A stretch of 64,000 nt of DNA from an uncultured Gammaproteobacteria bacterium (GCA_964409875.1 CAYPEN010000002.1:210630-274629), one strand, 5' to 3'. Counted from the stretch's first letter, positions 10,095-19,928 are shown. Translations and numbers: made by a program. The notes: generated by a model from the sequence alone, not told the origin.

Positions 10095-10322
10095 TTAAAA
10101 AGGTATAATTTTATTTACTTTTATTTGAAGTGCATTTGCAATCTTTTCCAAGGTTTTCATGCTCGCTTTCCTATGACCTGTCTCAACAAGACTAATAAAT
10201 GTTTGCGTTAAGTGTGTTTTCTCAGCAAGCTCTTCTTGAGTCATGCCTTTATCAGTTCTCGCACGAGCTATTGCTTTTCCTAATGCCTGTTCCTTCTTAG
10301 TTATTTTTTGCCTGTCTTTCAT
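10095..10322 (-). CDS. XRE-family helix-turn-helix transcriptional regulator (cI/Cro-like)
   Basis: 75 aa. 'LGKAIARARTDKGMTQEELAEKTHLTQTFISLVETGHRKASMKTLEKIANAL' is a canonical HTH_XRE. Confidence 0.8.
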   Translation of the reverse strand: MKDRQKITKKEQALGKAIARARTDKGMTQEELAEKTHLTQTFISLVETGHRKASMKTLEKIANALQIKVNKIIPF

Positions 10323-10358
10323 ACCATATCAAAAGTAACAAACACCCCTCAAAAAGTT

Positions 10359-10419
10359 TATTAACAACTGGTTATATTTCGAGGCCAAACTATTGCAATT
10401 CTATTAACTGGAGGTTATT
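10359..10419. promoter_or_regulatory. divergent promoter region with two related 17-bp motifs (putative operator sites)
   Basis: 'TATTAACAACTGGTTAT' (10359..10375) and 'TATTAACTGGAGGTTAT' (10403..10419) lie between the divergent XRE repressor and the 10443 gene. Confidence 0.25.
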
Positions 10420-10442
10420 ATGTTTTTGGGCCAATTTACACT

Positions 10443-10739
10443 ATGAGAGAGTACAAACACGCTAGGTTGATTGCGGGAATTTTATTTATTGGAGGATTAG
10501 TATTTAGTTTTTTTGTATTTGGAAAATCAGACTTTGTTTTGGTATTTACTTTAATTATTGTGTTTTCTATAGCTGGGATGCTCACTGGTCAAGAAATTGT
10601 TTACGACAAGCTTGGTAAAATGCACTATACGTTCTTTGAAGATGAAGCCAAAAAAAGGCGCGAGAAAGATGAAGAGTTATCAAAAAAGGTTCAGGAATCA
10701 ATGAAACAGTATGAAAAAGAACATCCAGAAACGAAATAA
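10443..10739 (+). CDS. hypothetical membrane protein (2 TM)
   Basis: 98 aa. Hydrophobic N-terminal half 'LIAGILFIGGLVFSFFVFG...LIIVFSIAGML', charged C-terminus. Confidence 0.4.
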   Translation: MREYKHARLIAGILFIGGLVFSFFVFGKSDFVLVFTLIIVFSIAGMLTGQEIVYDKLGKMHYTFFEDEAKKRREKDEELSKKVQESMKQYEKEHPETK

Positions 10740-11076
10740 GAGAGAGTTAATAATAGGAATTTCTTGTATTTTAATTGGTGCAATTATTACTTATCTGTTA
10801 ATAGGCAACAAAATAAAAGAACAAAAGAATCTAACCTCACGTATACTGAAAAACTCAATTCAAAGCATGGAAGCCTCCAATGAACTTGCCAACTCATGTG
10901 CTGACGCGTACAAAACCGCTACTGCCTGTGTTACTAATCTTCAGTCATGCAATATTTTAGAAGAATCAAAAAAATTAGACGAATACAATACAAGAAGAAA
11001 ACATGCGGACACTATTATCGACTGGGCCAACAAAGACATGAAGCAGATTATCGAAGAAGTTTCGACTAAACATTAG
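10711..11076 (+). CDS. hypothetical membrane-anchored protein
   Basis: 121 aa, single N-terminal TM 'LIIGISCILIGAIITYLLIG'. Overlaps the upstream ORF. Confidence 0.4.
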   Translation: MKKNIQKRNKRELIIGISCILIGAIITYLLIGNKIKEQKNLTSRILKNSIQSMEASNELANSCADAYKTATACVTNLQSCNILEESKKLDEYNTRRKHADTIIDWANKDMKQIIEEVSTKH

Positions 11077-11079
11077 TTT

Positions 11080-11295
11080 ATGGGAAGAAAAAGGAAGAAT
11101 GGAGTCTTAATTGATTTCGTGGTGGAAACGATTATAAAAGAACAATATGTTAGTGTTCCATTTATCCAGAGAAAATTTCAAATAAGCTATTCGACAGCAA
11201 GAAAAATCATTTCAAAACTGTTTGAAATGGGATATATCGAAAATGAAACTGAGTTTAAAGATATAAAAGTAATAAAACACAAATATATACAATGA
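11080..11295 (+). CDS. small winged-helix protein resembling the FtsK gamma domain
   Basis: 71 aa. 'YVSVPFIQRKFQISYSTARKIISKLFEMGYI' resembles the FtsK/SpoIIIE gamma wHTH consensus (…SISAVQRKLKIGYNRAARMIEAME…). Confidence 0.4.
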   Translation: MGRKRKNGVLIDFVVETIIKEQYVSVPFIQRKFQISYSTARKIISKLFEMGYIENETEFKDIKVIKHKYIQ

Positions 11296-11449
11296 AAAAG
11301 TTAATCGGAATATTTAACACTAAAATAAATACACCAGATGAAATTTATCAAAAAGTAAAAGAGGTTCTTGAAAATAGAAACAAAAAAAACTTAATAAACC
11401 TGAGAAAGGTAGCAAATGATGATATTCATAAGAAGTTTAAAAATATAGC

Positions 11450-12331
11450 TTAATTATTTTCTGGTGGACAATCTACAAGCTCTGTCTCGATAGTTGCGTG
11501 TTCAATGTGAAATTCTTCTTTTAGCTTTTCTTTAATTTCTTTCACAACCTTTATACTTTCTTCTAAGGTGCATTTTTCAATTGTAATATGACAGCTAAGT
11601 GCCGAATCATGAGACGAAATTGCCCATGCATGTAGGTCATCAGCGTTCTTTACATTTGGAGTGTCCAATACTGCTTTCTTTATTCTTTCCATATCTAATC
11701 CTTCAGGCACGCCCTCTAATAGAACATGCACAGCGTCTCTTACTACGCTCCAACTTCCCCGAATAAGAAATACGCCAATAACAACACTAATTAGTGAATC
11801 GAAGATAGACATACCTGTGATAAGAATCAGAACACCTGCAATAAGTGCACCAACTGAAGCTAATGCATCAAAAAGCATGTTTATGTAAGCACTCCTGATG
11901 TTTAAGTCTTTCTTTTCGCTTCTAAAAAGCAACGCGATGCTAAGATTTACACATAGACCAATAAAAGCTACTATCACCACAACCCCACCTTCAACTGGAT
12001 GAGGAGTTAATAATCTTTGATATGCCTCGTAAAAAATATATAGCGCGAGAAGAAACAGTATTAAACCATTTATCAAAGCGGCAAGAATTGTAGCTCTACC
12101 ATACCCGTAAGTATGGTCAACATTTGCCTTTCTTTTTGAAATCCTGTTTGCTAAAAATGAAATAAGAAGAGTTAGCGAATCAGTGAGGTTATGACCTGCA
12201 TCTGAAATAAGAGCAAGGCTTCCCGAAAGAATTCCAGCGATGAATTCAATAACTGTAAACCCAGTATTCAGAACTAGTCCTATTTTAAGTTTCCTATCTA
12301 ATTTTTCAGGGACGCTGTGATTTTCGCTCAT
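11450..12331 (-). CDS. cation diffusion facilitator family metal efflux transporter (CzcD-like)
   Basis: 293 aa. TM domain with 'HNLTDSL' and 'LISDAGH' His/Asp metal-site motifs. C-terminal cytoplasmic domain. Confidence 0.85.
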   Translation of the reverse strand: MSENHSVPEKLDRKLKIGLVLNTGFTVIEFIAGILSGSLALISDAGHNLTDSLTLLISFLANRISKRKANVDHTYGYGRATILAALINGLILFLLALYIFYEAYQRLLTPHPVEGGVVVIVAFIGLCVNLSIALLFRSEKKDLNIRSAYINMLFDALASVGALIAGVLILITGMSIFDSLISVVIGVFLIRGSWSVVRDAVHVLLEGVPEGLDMERIKKAVLDTPNVKNADDLHAWAISSHDSALSCHITIEKCTLEESIKVVKEIKEKLKEEFHIEHATIETELVDCPPENN

Positions 12332-12354
12332 GAATTAATTCTAGCACTTAAAAT

Positions 12355-12570
12355 CTAAACCAGTGGAGTAGCAGAATAACCGACAGTCTTTATTATATTA
12401 ATAATTTTTTGAAGATTAATCTTGGAATCATCAAACTCAATCTCCGTATGTTGCTTTGCATAGTTTGTGTTAGAACTTTTAACTCCATCTGTATCCTCAA
12501 GTTCTCCATCTATATTCATAGCACAACTCGTACAATGCATTCCTTCAATTTTAAGTTTTAACTTTGTCAT
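12355..12570 (-). CDS. copZ: heavy-metal-associated (HMA) domain copper chaperone CopZ-like
   Basis: 71 aa with 'GMHCTSCAMNI' (MxCxxC). Confidence 0.8.
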   Translation of the reverse strand: MTKLKLKIEGMHCTSCAMNIDGELEDTDGVKSSNTNYAKQHTEIEFDDSKINLQKIINIIKTVGYSATPLV

Positions 12571-13706
12571 ATTACGTTAATCACCCCTCTATACATTCCC
12601 ATACTACATGAAAAGGGAATTTGTGTTGGTTTATCTGGCATTTTCAATGCGAAAGTTTCAGTATTCCCAGCCTGAACAACTTTTTGATATTTAAAATATG
12701 GAATCGTAATAGCCGATGCACAAGTATATGTTCCTGCATTCTTAATCTTGAATGATACTGTTGTTCCTGCTTTAACTGTAATTTGATTTGGGACGTATCC
12801 TGATTTTTCAATATCAATCATTACGTTTTGGGATGGTTTGGCTTCAGCTGATACAGCTGTAGACTTTGCTGGTTTATTAAATAAGCTATTTAAAGTCCAT
12901 GAGCTACCTGTTAATGCCAGAATGTTATTTAAATTAAATACTGCAAGAAGGATAAGAACTACAGCTGCAAATTTCATAAATCTGTTTTGCATTGTTTCTC
13001 CAAGTCTTGTGGCAAAATATCCAAGAATAAAAAAGAGAGGAGAGGTGCCCAATACGAATGCGAAAAGAATAGCAGCACCCAAGAATGGACTACCTGAACC
13101 TATTGCTAATGCCATCATTGCTTGCGTAATGCCACAAGGAATTAGAACGGTGAATGCTCCAAGGAGAGCTGGAGCAAATATGCTCTTGCTCTTTGATTGA
13201 TTCCTAACCATACGTGTTAATGATTTTGGAGGCTGAATGATGAAATACCTGAAGATTGGATGAACATTCAGTAAATTAAGAGCAGTGCCCACCATAAATA
13301 TCACAACTGCAAGCTGCATTATAACTTGCGTGGCTATAGACAGTTGAAATAATGAGCCAAGCCAACCAAGAAGAAATCCTAATATTGTATATGCAATTAG
13401 CTTTGCAACTAAAAATGAGAGTATTGGTACGGCATTGTCTGTCTGTTTTGTTTTTTCCTTTAAATTCTCTTCTTCTCTCTGAGCTATGGTTGCAGCGAGA
13501 AGTCCTCCCTGTACTGCAAGACAAGTAAGTCCTCCAGTAAGAAGTCCTGTTAGAAATATTGTCCATAAATTAATATTTTTTGGATTTGGTGTTGGGGAAC
13601 CAGGATTCTGTAATGAATTAATTTTAAGCAGCAAAATTCCTATTAAAACAAATGCAATTACGACTGCACCAATAAGTAATTTTTCTTTTTTAATTTTTAT
13701 TTCCAT
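12567..13706 (-). CDS. polytopic membrane permease with C-terminal beta-sandwich (cupredoxin-like) domain; putative metal transport
   Basis: 379 aa, about 8 TM helices. C-terminal soluble domain 'VTVKAGTTVSFKIKNAGTYTCASAITIP...FSCSMGMYRGVINV' with Cys/Met candidate ligands. Sits between copA and copZ. Confidence 0.5.
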   Translation of the reverse strand: MEIKIKKEKLLIGAVVIAFVLIGILLLKINSLQNPGSPTPNPKNINLWTIFLTGLLTGGLTCLAVQGGLLAATIAQREEENLKEKTKQTDNAVPILSFLVAKLIAYTILGFLLGWLGSLFQLSIATQVIMQLAVVIFMVGTALNLLNVHPIFRYFIIQPPKSLTRMVRNQSKSKSIFAPALLGAFTVLIPCGITQAMMALAIGSGSPFLGAAILFAFVLGTSPLFFILGYFATRLGETMQNRFMKFAAVVLILLAVFNLNNILALTGSSWTLNSLFNKPAKSTAVSAEAKPSQNVMIDIEKSGYVPNQITVKAGTTVSFKIKNAGTYTCASAITIPYFKYQKVVQAGNTETFALKMPDKPTQIPFSCSMGMYRGVINVI

Positions 13707-13708
13707 AG

Positions 13709-15928
13709 TTATATTTTAACTCTTTTAAGCAAGAGAGAATTCGAAACCACTGAAACGCTCGATAATGCCATAGCAACAGATGCAAGTATAGGACTAAGTA
13801 AAATACCCCATATTGGATATAGTATCCCCATAGCTATTGGTATAAGCACTACATTATATCCAAATGCCCAGAAAAGATTTTGCTTAATGGTTCTCATGGT
13901 TTTTTTGGATAATTCTATAGACGATACGACAGAATTCAGATTCTTGTTAACTAAAGTAATGTCGGATGCTTCGATAGCAACATCTGTTCCTGTTCCCATA
14001 GCAATTCCAATATCTGCTCTTGCTAGTGCTGGAGCGTCATTAATTCCATCTCCAACCATAGCAACTTTTTTACCCTCAGCTTGAATTTTTCTAACCTCTT
14101 CTTCCTTGCCTTCAGGTAAAACTTCTGCTAGAACTCGAGTGATACCTAGTTTTCCAGCAATTGCATCAGCTGTTTTTTGATTGTCACCCGTAATCATTGC
14201 AACTTCTATTCCCATCTTTTGTAATTTTTCAACAGCTTTTTTAGCCGATTCTTTTACCGTATCTGCAACTGCAATTATTCCGATTGCTTTGCTATTTGAA
14301 GCAAGAAGCATAACTGTTTTACCTTGATTTTCGAGTCTATTAATTTGTTCTTTTAGTGCATCTAGTGAAACTTTTTCTCTATTCATAAGCCTTTGATTCC
14401 CAAAGAAGAATGTATCTTTGCCAATTGCTCCCTCAATGCCATGTCCTGAAGTTGCGTTAAATTTATTGACTGACTGTGTTTTTACTTTTTGATTTTCAGC
14501 ATGGGTTACTATCGCCTCAGCAAGTGAATGCTCTGAACCTTTTTCAAGAGAAGCTGCAATACTTAAAACCTCATTTTTCTTTAAGCCATCTATCGCAATA
14601 ATATCTGTTACTTCTGGCTTACCATTTGTTAATGTACCTGTTTTATCAAATATTACGGTCTGAATCTTATTTGCGATTTCAAGACTCTCTGCATCTTTAA
14701 TGAGTATTCCGTTTTCTGCTCCTTTGCCTGTTCCAACCATTATTGCAGTTGGTGTAGCAAGACCCATTGCGCACGGACACGCAATAACAAGAACTGAAAT
14801 CATAGCAACAAGCCCATTAATATAATTGCCCGTCAATAAACCCCATCCAAAAAAAGTTAAGATGGCAATAATCAAGACGGCTGGAACAAAAATTTCAGAT
14901 ACTCTATCAGCTAGTCGTTGAATTGGAGCCTTTGAACCCTGAGCCTCTTCAACAAGCCTTATGATTTGTGAAAGCATAGTGTCTGCTCCAACTTTTGTTG
15001 CTTTCATGACAAAAGTACCTGTTTTGTTCATGGTTGCACCAATTACTTGTGCTCCAATTGTTTTATCAACTGGGATACTTTCTCCTGTCACCATAGACTC
15101 ATTCACTGATGATTCACCTTCCATAATTACCCCATCAACAGGAATCTTTTCCCCTGGTCTGACTCGAATCAAATCACCAATCAGAACCTCTTCAATTGCA
15201 ACATCAATTTCTTTCCCATCCCTAATAACTCGTGCAGTCTTTGCTTGAAGATTTGCTAGTTTTTTAATTGCATCAGAAGTGTGAGATTTTGCTCTTGCTT
15301 CAAGATATTTCCCAAGAGTTATTAATCCAATTACAACAATTACTACGTCATAATAATTGTGCTCTGTATTGAGAAATGCTTTTAGAGGTGTTTCGAATGC
15401 TGTAACTGCAAAACTGTAAATGAAAGCGACAAGTGTTCCGATGCCTACCAACGAATCCATATCTGCTTTTCTGTATTTAATGAAACGCCATAGTCCAGCA
15501 AGATATGGCCTTCCAACAACAAACATCATGTATGTGGCAAAGATGGGTAAAAGGTGATGGAAGAATTCTTTTATCGTGTAGCTCATGGGTAAAAATATTT
15601 CCCAAAGCATAATAAATGAACTAATTCCTATGAGGACAAGTGAAACAATGACATTTTCTTTAAGTTTTGAGTCATAACCCATATTCATATGGTCATGAGA
15701 ACTTTGCATGGGCTCATCAACTACTAACTCGTAGCCTTTCTTTTTAACGGCTGAGGCAAGTGCTTGCTCTGAAGTGTTTTCATCACAATTAATAGTCGCT
15801 CGATTTGTTGCAAGATTAACAGTTGCATCAGTAACACCATCAACTTTTTTAAGAGTTCGTTCAAGAACATTTACGCAAGAAGCACAATGCATTCCTTTAA
15901 CATCAAATGTTTTCTTAATTTCAGACAT
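13709..15928 (-). CDS. copA: copper-translocating P1B-type ATPase CopA
   Basis: 739 aa. N-terminal HMA '[12 protein letters not shown]'. 'CPC' motif in '[12 protein letters not shown]'. Phosphorylation site 'DKTGTLT'. 'GDGINDAP' hinge. Confidence 0.9.
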   Translation of the reverse strand: MSEIKKTFDVKGMHCASCVNVLERTLKKVDGVTDATVNLATNRATINCDENTSEQALASAVKKKGYELVVDEPMQSSHDHMNMGYDSKLKENVIVSLVLIGISSFIMLWEIFLPMSYTIKEFFHHLLPIFATYMMFVVGRPYLAGLWRFIKYRKADMDSLVGIGTLVAFIYSFAVTAFETPLKAFLNTEHNYYDVVIVVIGLITLGKYLEARAKSHTSDAIKKLANLQAKTARVIRDGKEIDVAIEEVLIGDLIRVRPGEKIPVDGVIMEGESSVNESMVTGESIPVDKTIGAQVIGATMNKTGTFVMKATKVGADTMLSQIIRLVEEAQGSKAPIQRLADRVSEIFVPAVLIIAILTFFGWGLLTGNYINGLVAMISVLVIACPCAMGLATPTAIMVGTGKGAENGILIKDAESLEIANKIQTVIFDKTGTLTNGKPEVTDIIAIDGLKKNEVLSIAASLEKGSEHSLAEAIVTHAENQKVKTQSVNKFNATSGHGIEGAIGKDTFFFGNQRLMNREKVSLDALKEQINRLENQGKTVMLLASNSKAIGIIAVADTVKESAKKAVEKLQKMGIEVAMITGDNQKTADAIAGKLGITRVLAEVLPEGKEEEVRKIQAEGKKVAMVGDGINDAPALARADIGIAMGTGTDVAIEASDITLVNKNLNSVVSSIELSKKTMRTIKQNLFWAFGYNVVLIPIAMGILYPIWGILLSPILASVAMALSSVSVVSNSLLLKRVKI

Positions 15929-15931
15929 AAA

Positions 15932-16252
15932 TTAACTTTTTTTCTTGAACACTTGCATTATTTCCTCAATAGACTCATCTGCATTGCCTTCTTTAATTGC
16001 ATCAGCAACACAGCCTTTAAGATGATTTTCTAAAAGAAGATTTCCTGTTTCTTTGAGACCTGATTCAACTGCCTGCATTTGATGCATAACATCTATGCAG
16101 TATGCATCTTCTTCCATCATCTTAATAACTTTATCTAAATGTCCTCTTGCTATCTTGAGACGGTGAGTTATTCTTTCGTGTGTGTCTTTTGGTCGGTAAG
16201 CCATATATCCCCCTATGAGGGATATACTAAGACTATTGAAATATTTTGTCAA
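15932..16252 (-). CDS. csoR: CsoR/RcnR-family metal-sensing transcriptional repressor
   Basis: About 90-106 aa (true start may be the internal Met at ~16205). 'RLKIARGHLDKVIKMMEEDAYCIDVMHQMQAVESGL' fits the CsoR helix-bundle with Cys/His ligands. Directly upstream of copA. Confidence 0.7.
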   Translation of the reverse strand: MTKYFNSLSISLIGGYMAYRPKDTHERITHRLKIARGHLDKVIKMMEEDAYCIDVMHQMQAVESGLKETGNLLLENHLKGCVADAIKEGNADESIEEIMQVFKKKS

Positions 16253-16283
16253 GACCTTAATAGGGTTATTAAAGTGATATAAT

Positions 16284-17030
16284 TTGCCTCACATGAGAAC
16301 TCCACCAAAGAAAGTGCTTTCAAGCAAAATTAAAGATTACAAAAGGGACAAAAAAGTTCTGACCCCTCCTTTCGGCCAAATAAACATGAGTCAGGTCATG
16401 TGGCATAAAGAGATGCTTCCTGATTTTTTATGGATAGATTCTCTTGTCGTGTTCTACGGAGACATAGAAGCATCAGAGTATTACAATCGAATGCTCAATG
16501 TTTTAGACGAATACCATAAAGCTGAACCCATTCTTACAGGTACAATAAGCGATTTTGGGTTAATCAAACCCGAAGATAGACCAAAAATCTTAAAAGCTAA
16601 TAAATTTCTAATAGAAGACGCTGTTATCCACCCATTCGCAAACATAATTCGGCTTTATCCCGAGTGCCCCATGTCTTGGTTACTTGAGGGTGCGTCTTTA
16701 TACGAGCTGAATGTTTCCGACACAATTGAAGATGCAAAAAAAGCTGTTGAAAGACTATTTCCAGCCAAAGATAATCATAGTGGACTTGTAAGAGCACTTC
16801 CTCTCAATAGATTCTTTAAGCACAAAAAAGTGCAAATAACTTCAAATATGAAAGAGACAATCAAAAGCATTGAAGAATATCCCAAGGGAGATAGATATAG
16901 AGCAGAGTCTTTTGCCAGAAATCTTCTTAACATGTTCTATATGCAGGAACATGAAAAAAACCCTGACTTAGCAAAATGGAGCAAATATTTTTGGACTTAT
17001 AATTTCAAAATTTCTAAATGTGAGGTATGA
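16284..17030 (+). CDS. hypothetical protein (ORFan module gene 1)
   Basis: 248 aa, no recognisable motif. 4-nt ATGA overlap with the next gene. Confidence 0.45.
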   Translation: MPHMRTPPKKVLSSKIKDYKRDKKVLTPPFGQINMSQVMWHKEMLPDFLWIDSLVVFYGDIEASEYYNRMLNVLDEYHKAEPILTGTISDFGLIKPEDRPKILKANKFLIEDAVIHPFANIIRLYPECPMSWLLEGASLYELNVSDTIEDAKKAVERLFPAKDNHSGLVRALPLNRFFKHKKVQITSNMKETIKSIEEYPKGDRYRAESFARNLLNMFYMQEHEKNPDLAKWSKYFWTYNFKISKCEV

Positions 17031-17848
17031 AAAGAGCTGAGAAAAAACACATAGACGTTATTGAGGAATTTAGAAACTGTGGAAGAAATGCCGCAGATAA
17101 AATTATTGCCGTTCTGGAGTCCCAACAGGAAAAAATCGAAATTGATACTTACTCAAGGCATAAAGATGAAGTTGTAAACGGATTGTTCTTCAGGGTCTTT
17201 AGGTTTTACCATAGTTTTCTTATCAGTTTTCACTTCTGGGCAGCAGACATAAGTGAAATGACGTATCGAACAATGCTAGAGAGTCTTTTCTACTTGAAAT
17301 TCCTGACACATGAAAACAAAGAAGATTTGTATAAAGAGTTTGTAAAATATGGGATTGGTCAAGAAAAGTTATTCAAAGCCCATCTAGGTACTCTTCTTGA
17401 CGAAAAGAAAATTGTAAGCTCACCTGAACTCATTGATTACATTAACTCTGGCAGTGATGATGAAATATGGGATGAACTAGTCTCAATAAAATTAGCTAAC
17501 TTTGAAAACCTAAATAAATTAGCAGAAAAAATAGATTCAAAATATGATTATACAGTTCACTACCAACCATATTCGATAACCGAACACGGGCAATGGCCAG
17601 CTTTAAAAAGATTTTATCTAAAAAGGTGTAGGAATCCATTACATAGATACCATTTTATCGGCAATGCAAGGCTTCCGTATATGGATTTGAGTTTTCTGTT
17701 TTCTACATCAAATCTTTTTTACGAAGCATATCTGATTTGGATAAAAACGTATAGTCTGCCAGACGAAGTTAAGCCTATTATTGATGAGTATGCAGAGTGT
17801 GTTGGGAAAATTGAAAAACCAGATGAGAAAAATTCTGAAAAAAAATAA
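17027..17848 (+). CDS. hypothetical protein (ORFan module gene 2)
   Basis: 273 aa, translationally coupled to gene 1. No known domain recognised. Confidence 0.45.
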   Translation: MKRAEKKHIDVIEEFRNCGRNAADKIIAVLESQQEKIEIDTYSRHKDEVVNGLFFRVFRFYHSFLISFHFWAADISEMTYRTMLESLFYLKFLTHENKEDLYKEFVKYGIGQEKLFKAHLGTLLDEKKIVSSPELIDYINSGSDDEIWDELVSIKLANFENLNKLAEKIDSKYDYTVHYQPYSITEHGQWPALKRFYLKRCRNPLHRYHFIGNARLPYMDLSFLFSTSNLFYEAYLIWIKTYSLPDEVKPIIDEYAECVGKIEKPDEKNSEKK

Positions 17849-18107
17849 TACCGTCTTTCAAAAGCAGGTACTGGTATCTCACGTAGAGGGGTTTATTACT
17901 ACTGTAAAAGCTTCCCGATATAAGGGTAAACTCAGCACAGGGGGTATCAATTTTTATCAGTCAGTTCTATACTACACACTGAGGAGATAGCGAGCCTGCT
18001 GCATCACCACGTCAGGGTAGATTACCAACTCTGGCCAGTTGGAGCCGTAGAAATCGTTCCATCGCTCGAGCACCCAATCATTTTTATAACCATTCCCTGG
18101 TTAATAA

Positions 18108-18533
18108 ATGAAAAACTATTGGAAATTATTAATCCCTCTTATTATTATCATCTTCGCATTTCCCTATTCTTTTGATTTAGGCCTTTTTAAGGGTGAGATT
18201 ACAGAATATTCACTCAGTTGCGATAAGGAAAAATATGTTAACTACAGATGTTTAGAAAAATGGCTTCCTCTCAACCCAACTACCTACAAACCAAATACAA
18301 ATAAACAGCAGGTATTATATTGGACTTTATCAGATATTCAGACTCTTAAGAAATGCTCTGTAGTAAATAGGAAAAATTGGACTTGTAGATATGATGACGA
18401 ATCTGCAGAATTTGGGTTTAAGGATGGACAGTTTTGGGAAGCATCACTTGGGAAAAGCATTTCAGATGACTTATTTGAAACAAGATATGTTTCAAAACTA
18501 GAATACCGACTCGAAGAAATGAAGTGGTGGTGA
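18108..18533 (+). CDS. hypothetical secreted Cys-containing protein
   Basis: 141 aa. Signal/TM 'LLIPLIIIIFAFPYSF'. Four Cys in the mature part. Confidence 0.45.
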   Translation: MKNYWKLLIPLIIIIFAFPYSFDLGLFKGEITEYSLSCDKEKYVNYRCLEKWLPLNPTTYKPNTNKQQVLYWTLSDIQTLKKCSVVNRKNWTCRYDDESAEFGFKDGQFWEASLGKSISDDLFETRYVSKLEYRLEEMKWW

Positions 18534-18629
18534 TACCTGTAGCCCTCGACAATAGCAAAAGCCTTAAAAGTTGACGCTTCTGAGCTTCTCCCTTTTTAAT
18601 ACCCAGGAGTGATACAATAGAAGGTAATC

Positions 18630-18655
18630 GGCTGCCCATCGTGCAGCCTTTTTTT
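18630..18655 (+). terminator. Rho-independent terminator-like hairpin
   Basis: 'GGCUGC-ccaucgu-GCAGCC' followed by UUUUUUU, about 100 nt after the 18108..18533 gene. Confidence 0.5.
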
Positions 18656-18657
18656 GT

Positions 18658-19407
18658 ATGAGTAAATACAGAGCAGTAGGCAGTAAACTCAAGAACGAAT
18701 CCGATCCTTCTCTTGCAAAGGAACATAAGGCTGGGGCTGTCGTTGAATTAGTTCAACCAGCTAAGGATGATCGCTGGGGCAGATACTACTTCAATCACTA
18801 TCAGCGTTATTGGAATATCCTGAACGAATCTCGAAGACACTACAATAGAGCTCTTATTTATCTTAAAAAATGTCGTCAGTTGCCAGTCGATACAAAAACT
18901 CAAAATAGACATGTACCTGAAGAACTAAGAGACAAACTTGAAATGCACTCAATGAAATATCTTGTCCTCCTGAAGATGGGGTATGAATATATGACTCTGG
19001 AGATGTTGTCATCAATAGATCATATAGAAGAAGCAAAACAAGGTATAGCAAAGACAGATTGGGATAAGGTTGATCTATTGAAAAGAATAAGCTCATTGAA
19101 GAGCAAATTGTCCATAAGCAAAGACATCCCTGACTGTCTCTTCCCACTTTTTGATCGAAGAGACATTGTTGAACACCCTAATCAAGAGCGCTTATACAAT
19201 GCTACCGATAATGGCTGGAAAAATAATCATTTAGCATGGGTTTTAAGTGGTGATATGGAAGGGACAATGGAAAAGATTGTTGATTTTACAAGCGAAATAA
19301 TCAAAGTGTTTGATGAATATGTAAAAAATAGTCCCATTCCTGGAACATTGGAAGGAGTAGTAAGGGGATTAAAAGCATCTGAGTCATATAAAAATCCTAA
19401 AAAATAA
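18658..19407 (+). CDS. hypothetical protein (ORFan module gene 3)
   Basis: 249 aa. The start abuts the terminator-like hairpin, so the real start may be an internal Met. No motif. Confidence 0.4.
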   Translation: MSKYRAVGSKLKNESDPSLAKEHKAGAVVELVQPAKDDRWGRYYFNHYQRYWNILNESRRHYNRALIYLKKCRQLPVDTKTQNRHVPEELRDKLEMHSMKYLVLLKMGYEYMTLEMLSSIDHIEEAKQGIAKTDWDKVDLLKRISSLKSKLSISKDIPDCLFPLFDRRDIVEHPNQERLYNATDNGWKNNHLAWVLSGDMEGTMEKIVDFTSEIIKVFDEYVKNSPIPGTLEGVVRGLKASESYKNPKK

Positions 19408-19409
19408 AC

Positions 19410-19928
19410 ATGAACAACTCTAATCTTAGATATATCAATACTGCATTAGCAGGAGCTAAGTATCACGAAGATCAAGCATTTCAAGTAAGAGGTAATCAAC
19501 CAAATGATTACAATAAAATTGTTTTTCATCTGAGGGCATATTTTTGGGAGCTTTGGTCTGCTTGGGACTATGTACTGCAGGAAACAAACAGGCAAACCTT
19601 TCATTTAGAACCACATGAGGTACGCAGAAATATCCTAAATAAAGTTAGGAAAGAAGTTCCTGACTATAAATTTCTCGAACTGCTCGAATCCATTCAGGAA
19701 AATGAAAGATTAAAAAGAATTATGTGGTTGCGTGACCATGCTCATAAATGGCAAATTGAGCCATATATGATTGACCATGATGATGAAAAAGTAAATATCA
19801 TTGCCTTAAATAATCTTGATTCACGAGATAAGTTTTTAGATAGGCAAATTAACATAGATAGAAATGATTTATATTTTATGCAAGAGTTCATAAACTCACT
19901 TTCGAAGGAAGGTTTTTTTGAAGCATGA
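19410..19928 (+). CDS. hypothetical protein (ORFan module gene 4)
   Basis: 172 aa, 2-nt gap from gene 3, 4-nt overlap with gene 5. Confidence 0.4.
   Translation: MNNSNLRYINTALAGAKYHEDQAFQVRGNQPNDYNKIVFHLRAYFWELWSAWDYVLQETNRQTFHLEPHEVRRNILNKVRKEVPDYKFLELLESIQENERLKRIMWLRDHAHKWQIEPYMIDHDDEKVNIIALNNLDSRDKFLDRQINIDRNDLYFMQEFINSLSKEGFFEA

Larger units (their letters stand above)
5720..11449. mobile_element. putative integrated element / prophage remnant beside the tRNA (serine recombinase, XRE repressor, FtsK-gamma-like, ORFans)
   Basis: Visibly more AT-rich than the flanks. Recombinase directly abuts the tRNA 3' end. Repressor-type divergent region. ORFan cargo on one strand. Right edge approximate (before the CDF transporter). 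Confidence 0.45.

Noticed and set aside
5452-11449. Search for a direct repeat of the tRNA 3' end marking the far end of the island (attR)
   Set aside because: No second copy of 'GGTTCGAATCCTAGTCGCGGAG' or a ≥15-bp fragment of it was seen near 11296..11449. This is consistent with serine-recombinase chemistry (2-bp crossover) but leaves the right boundary undefined.
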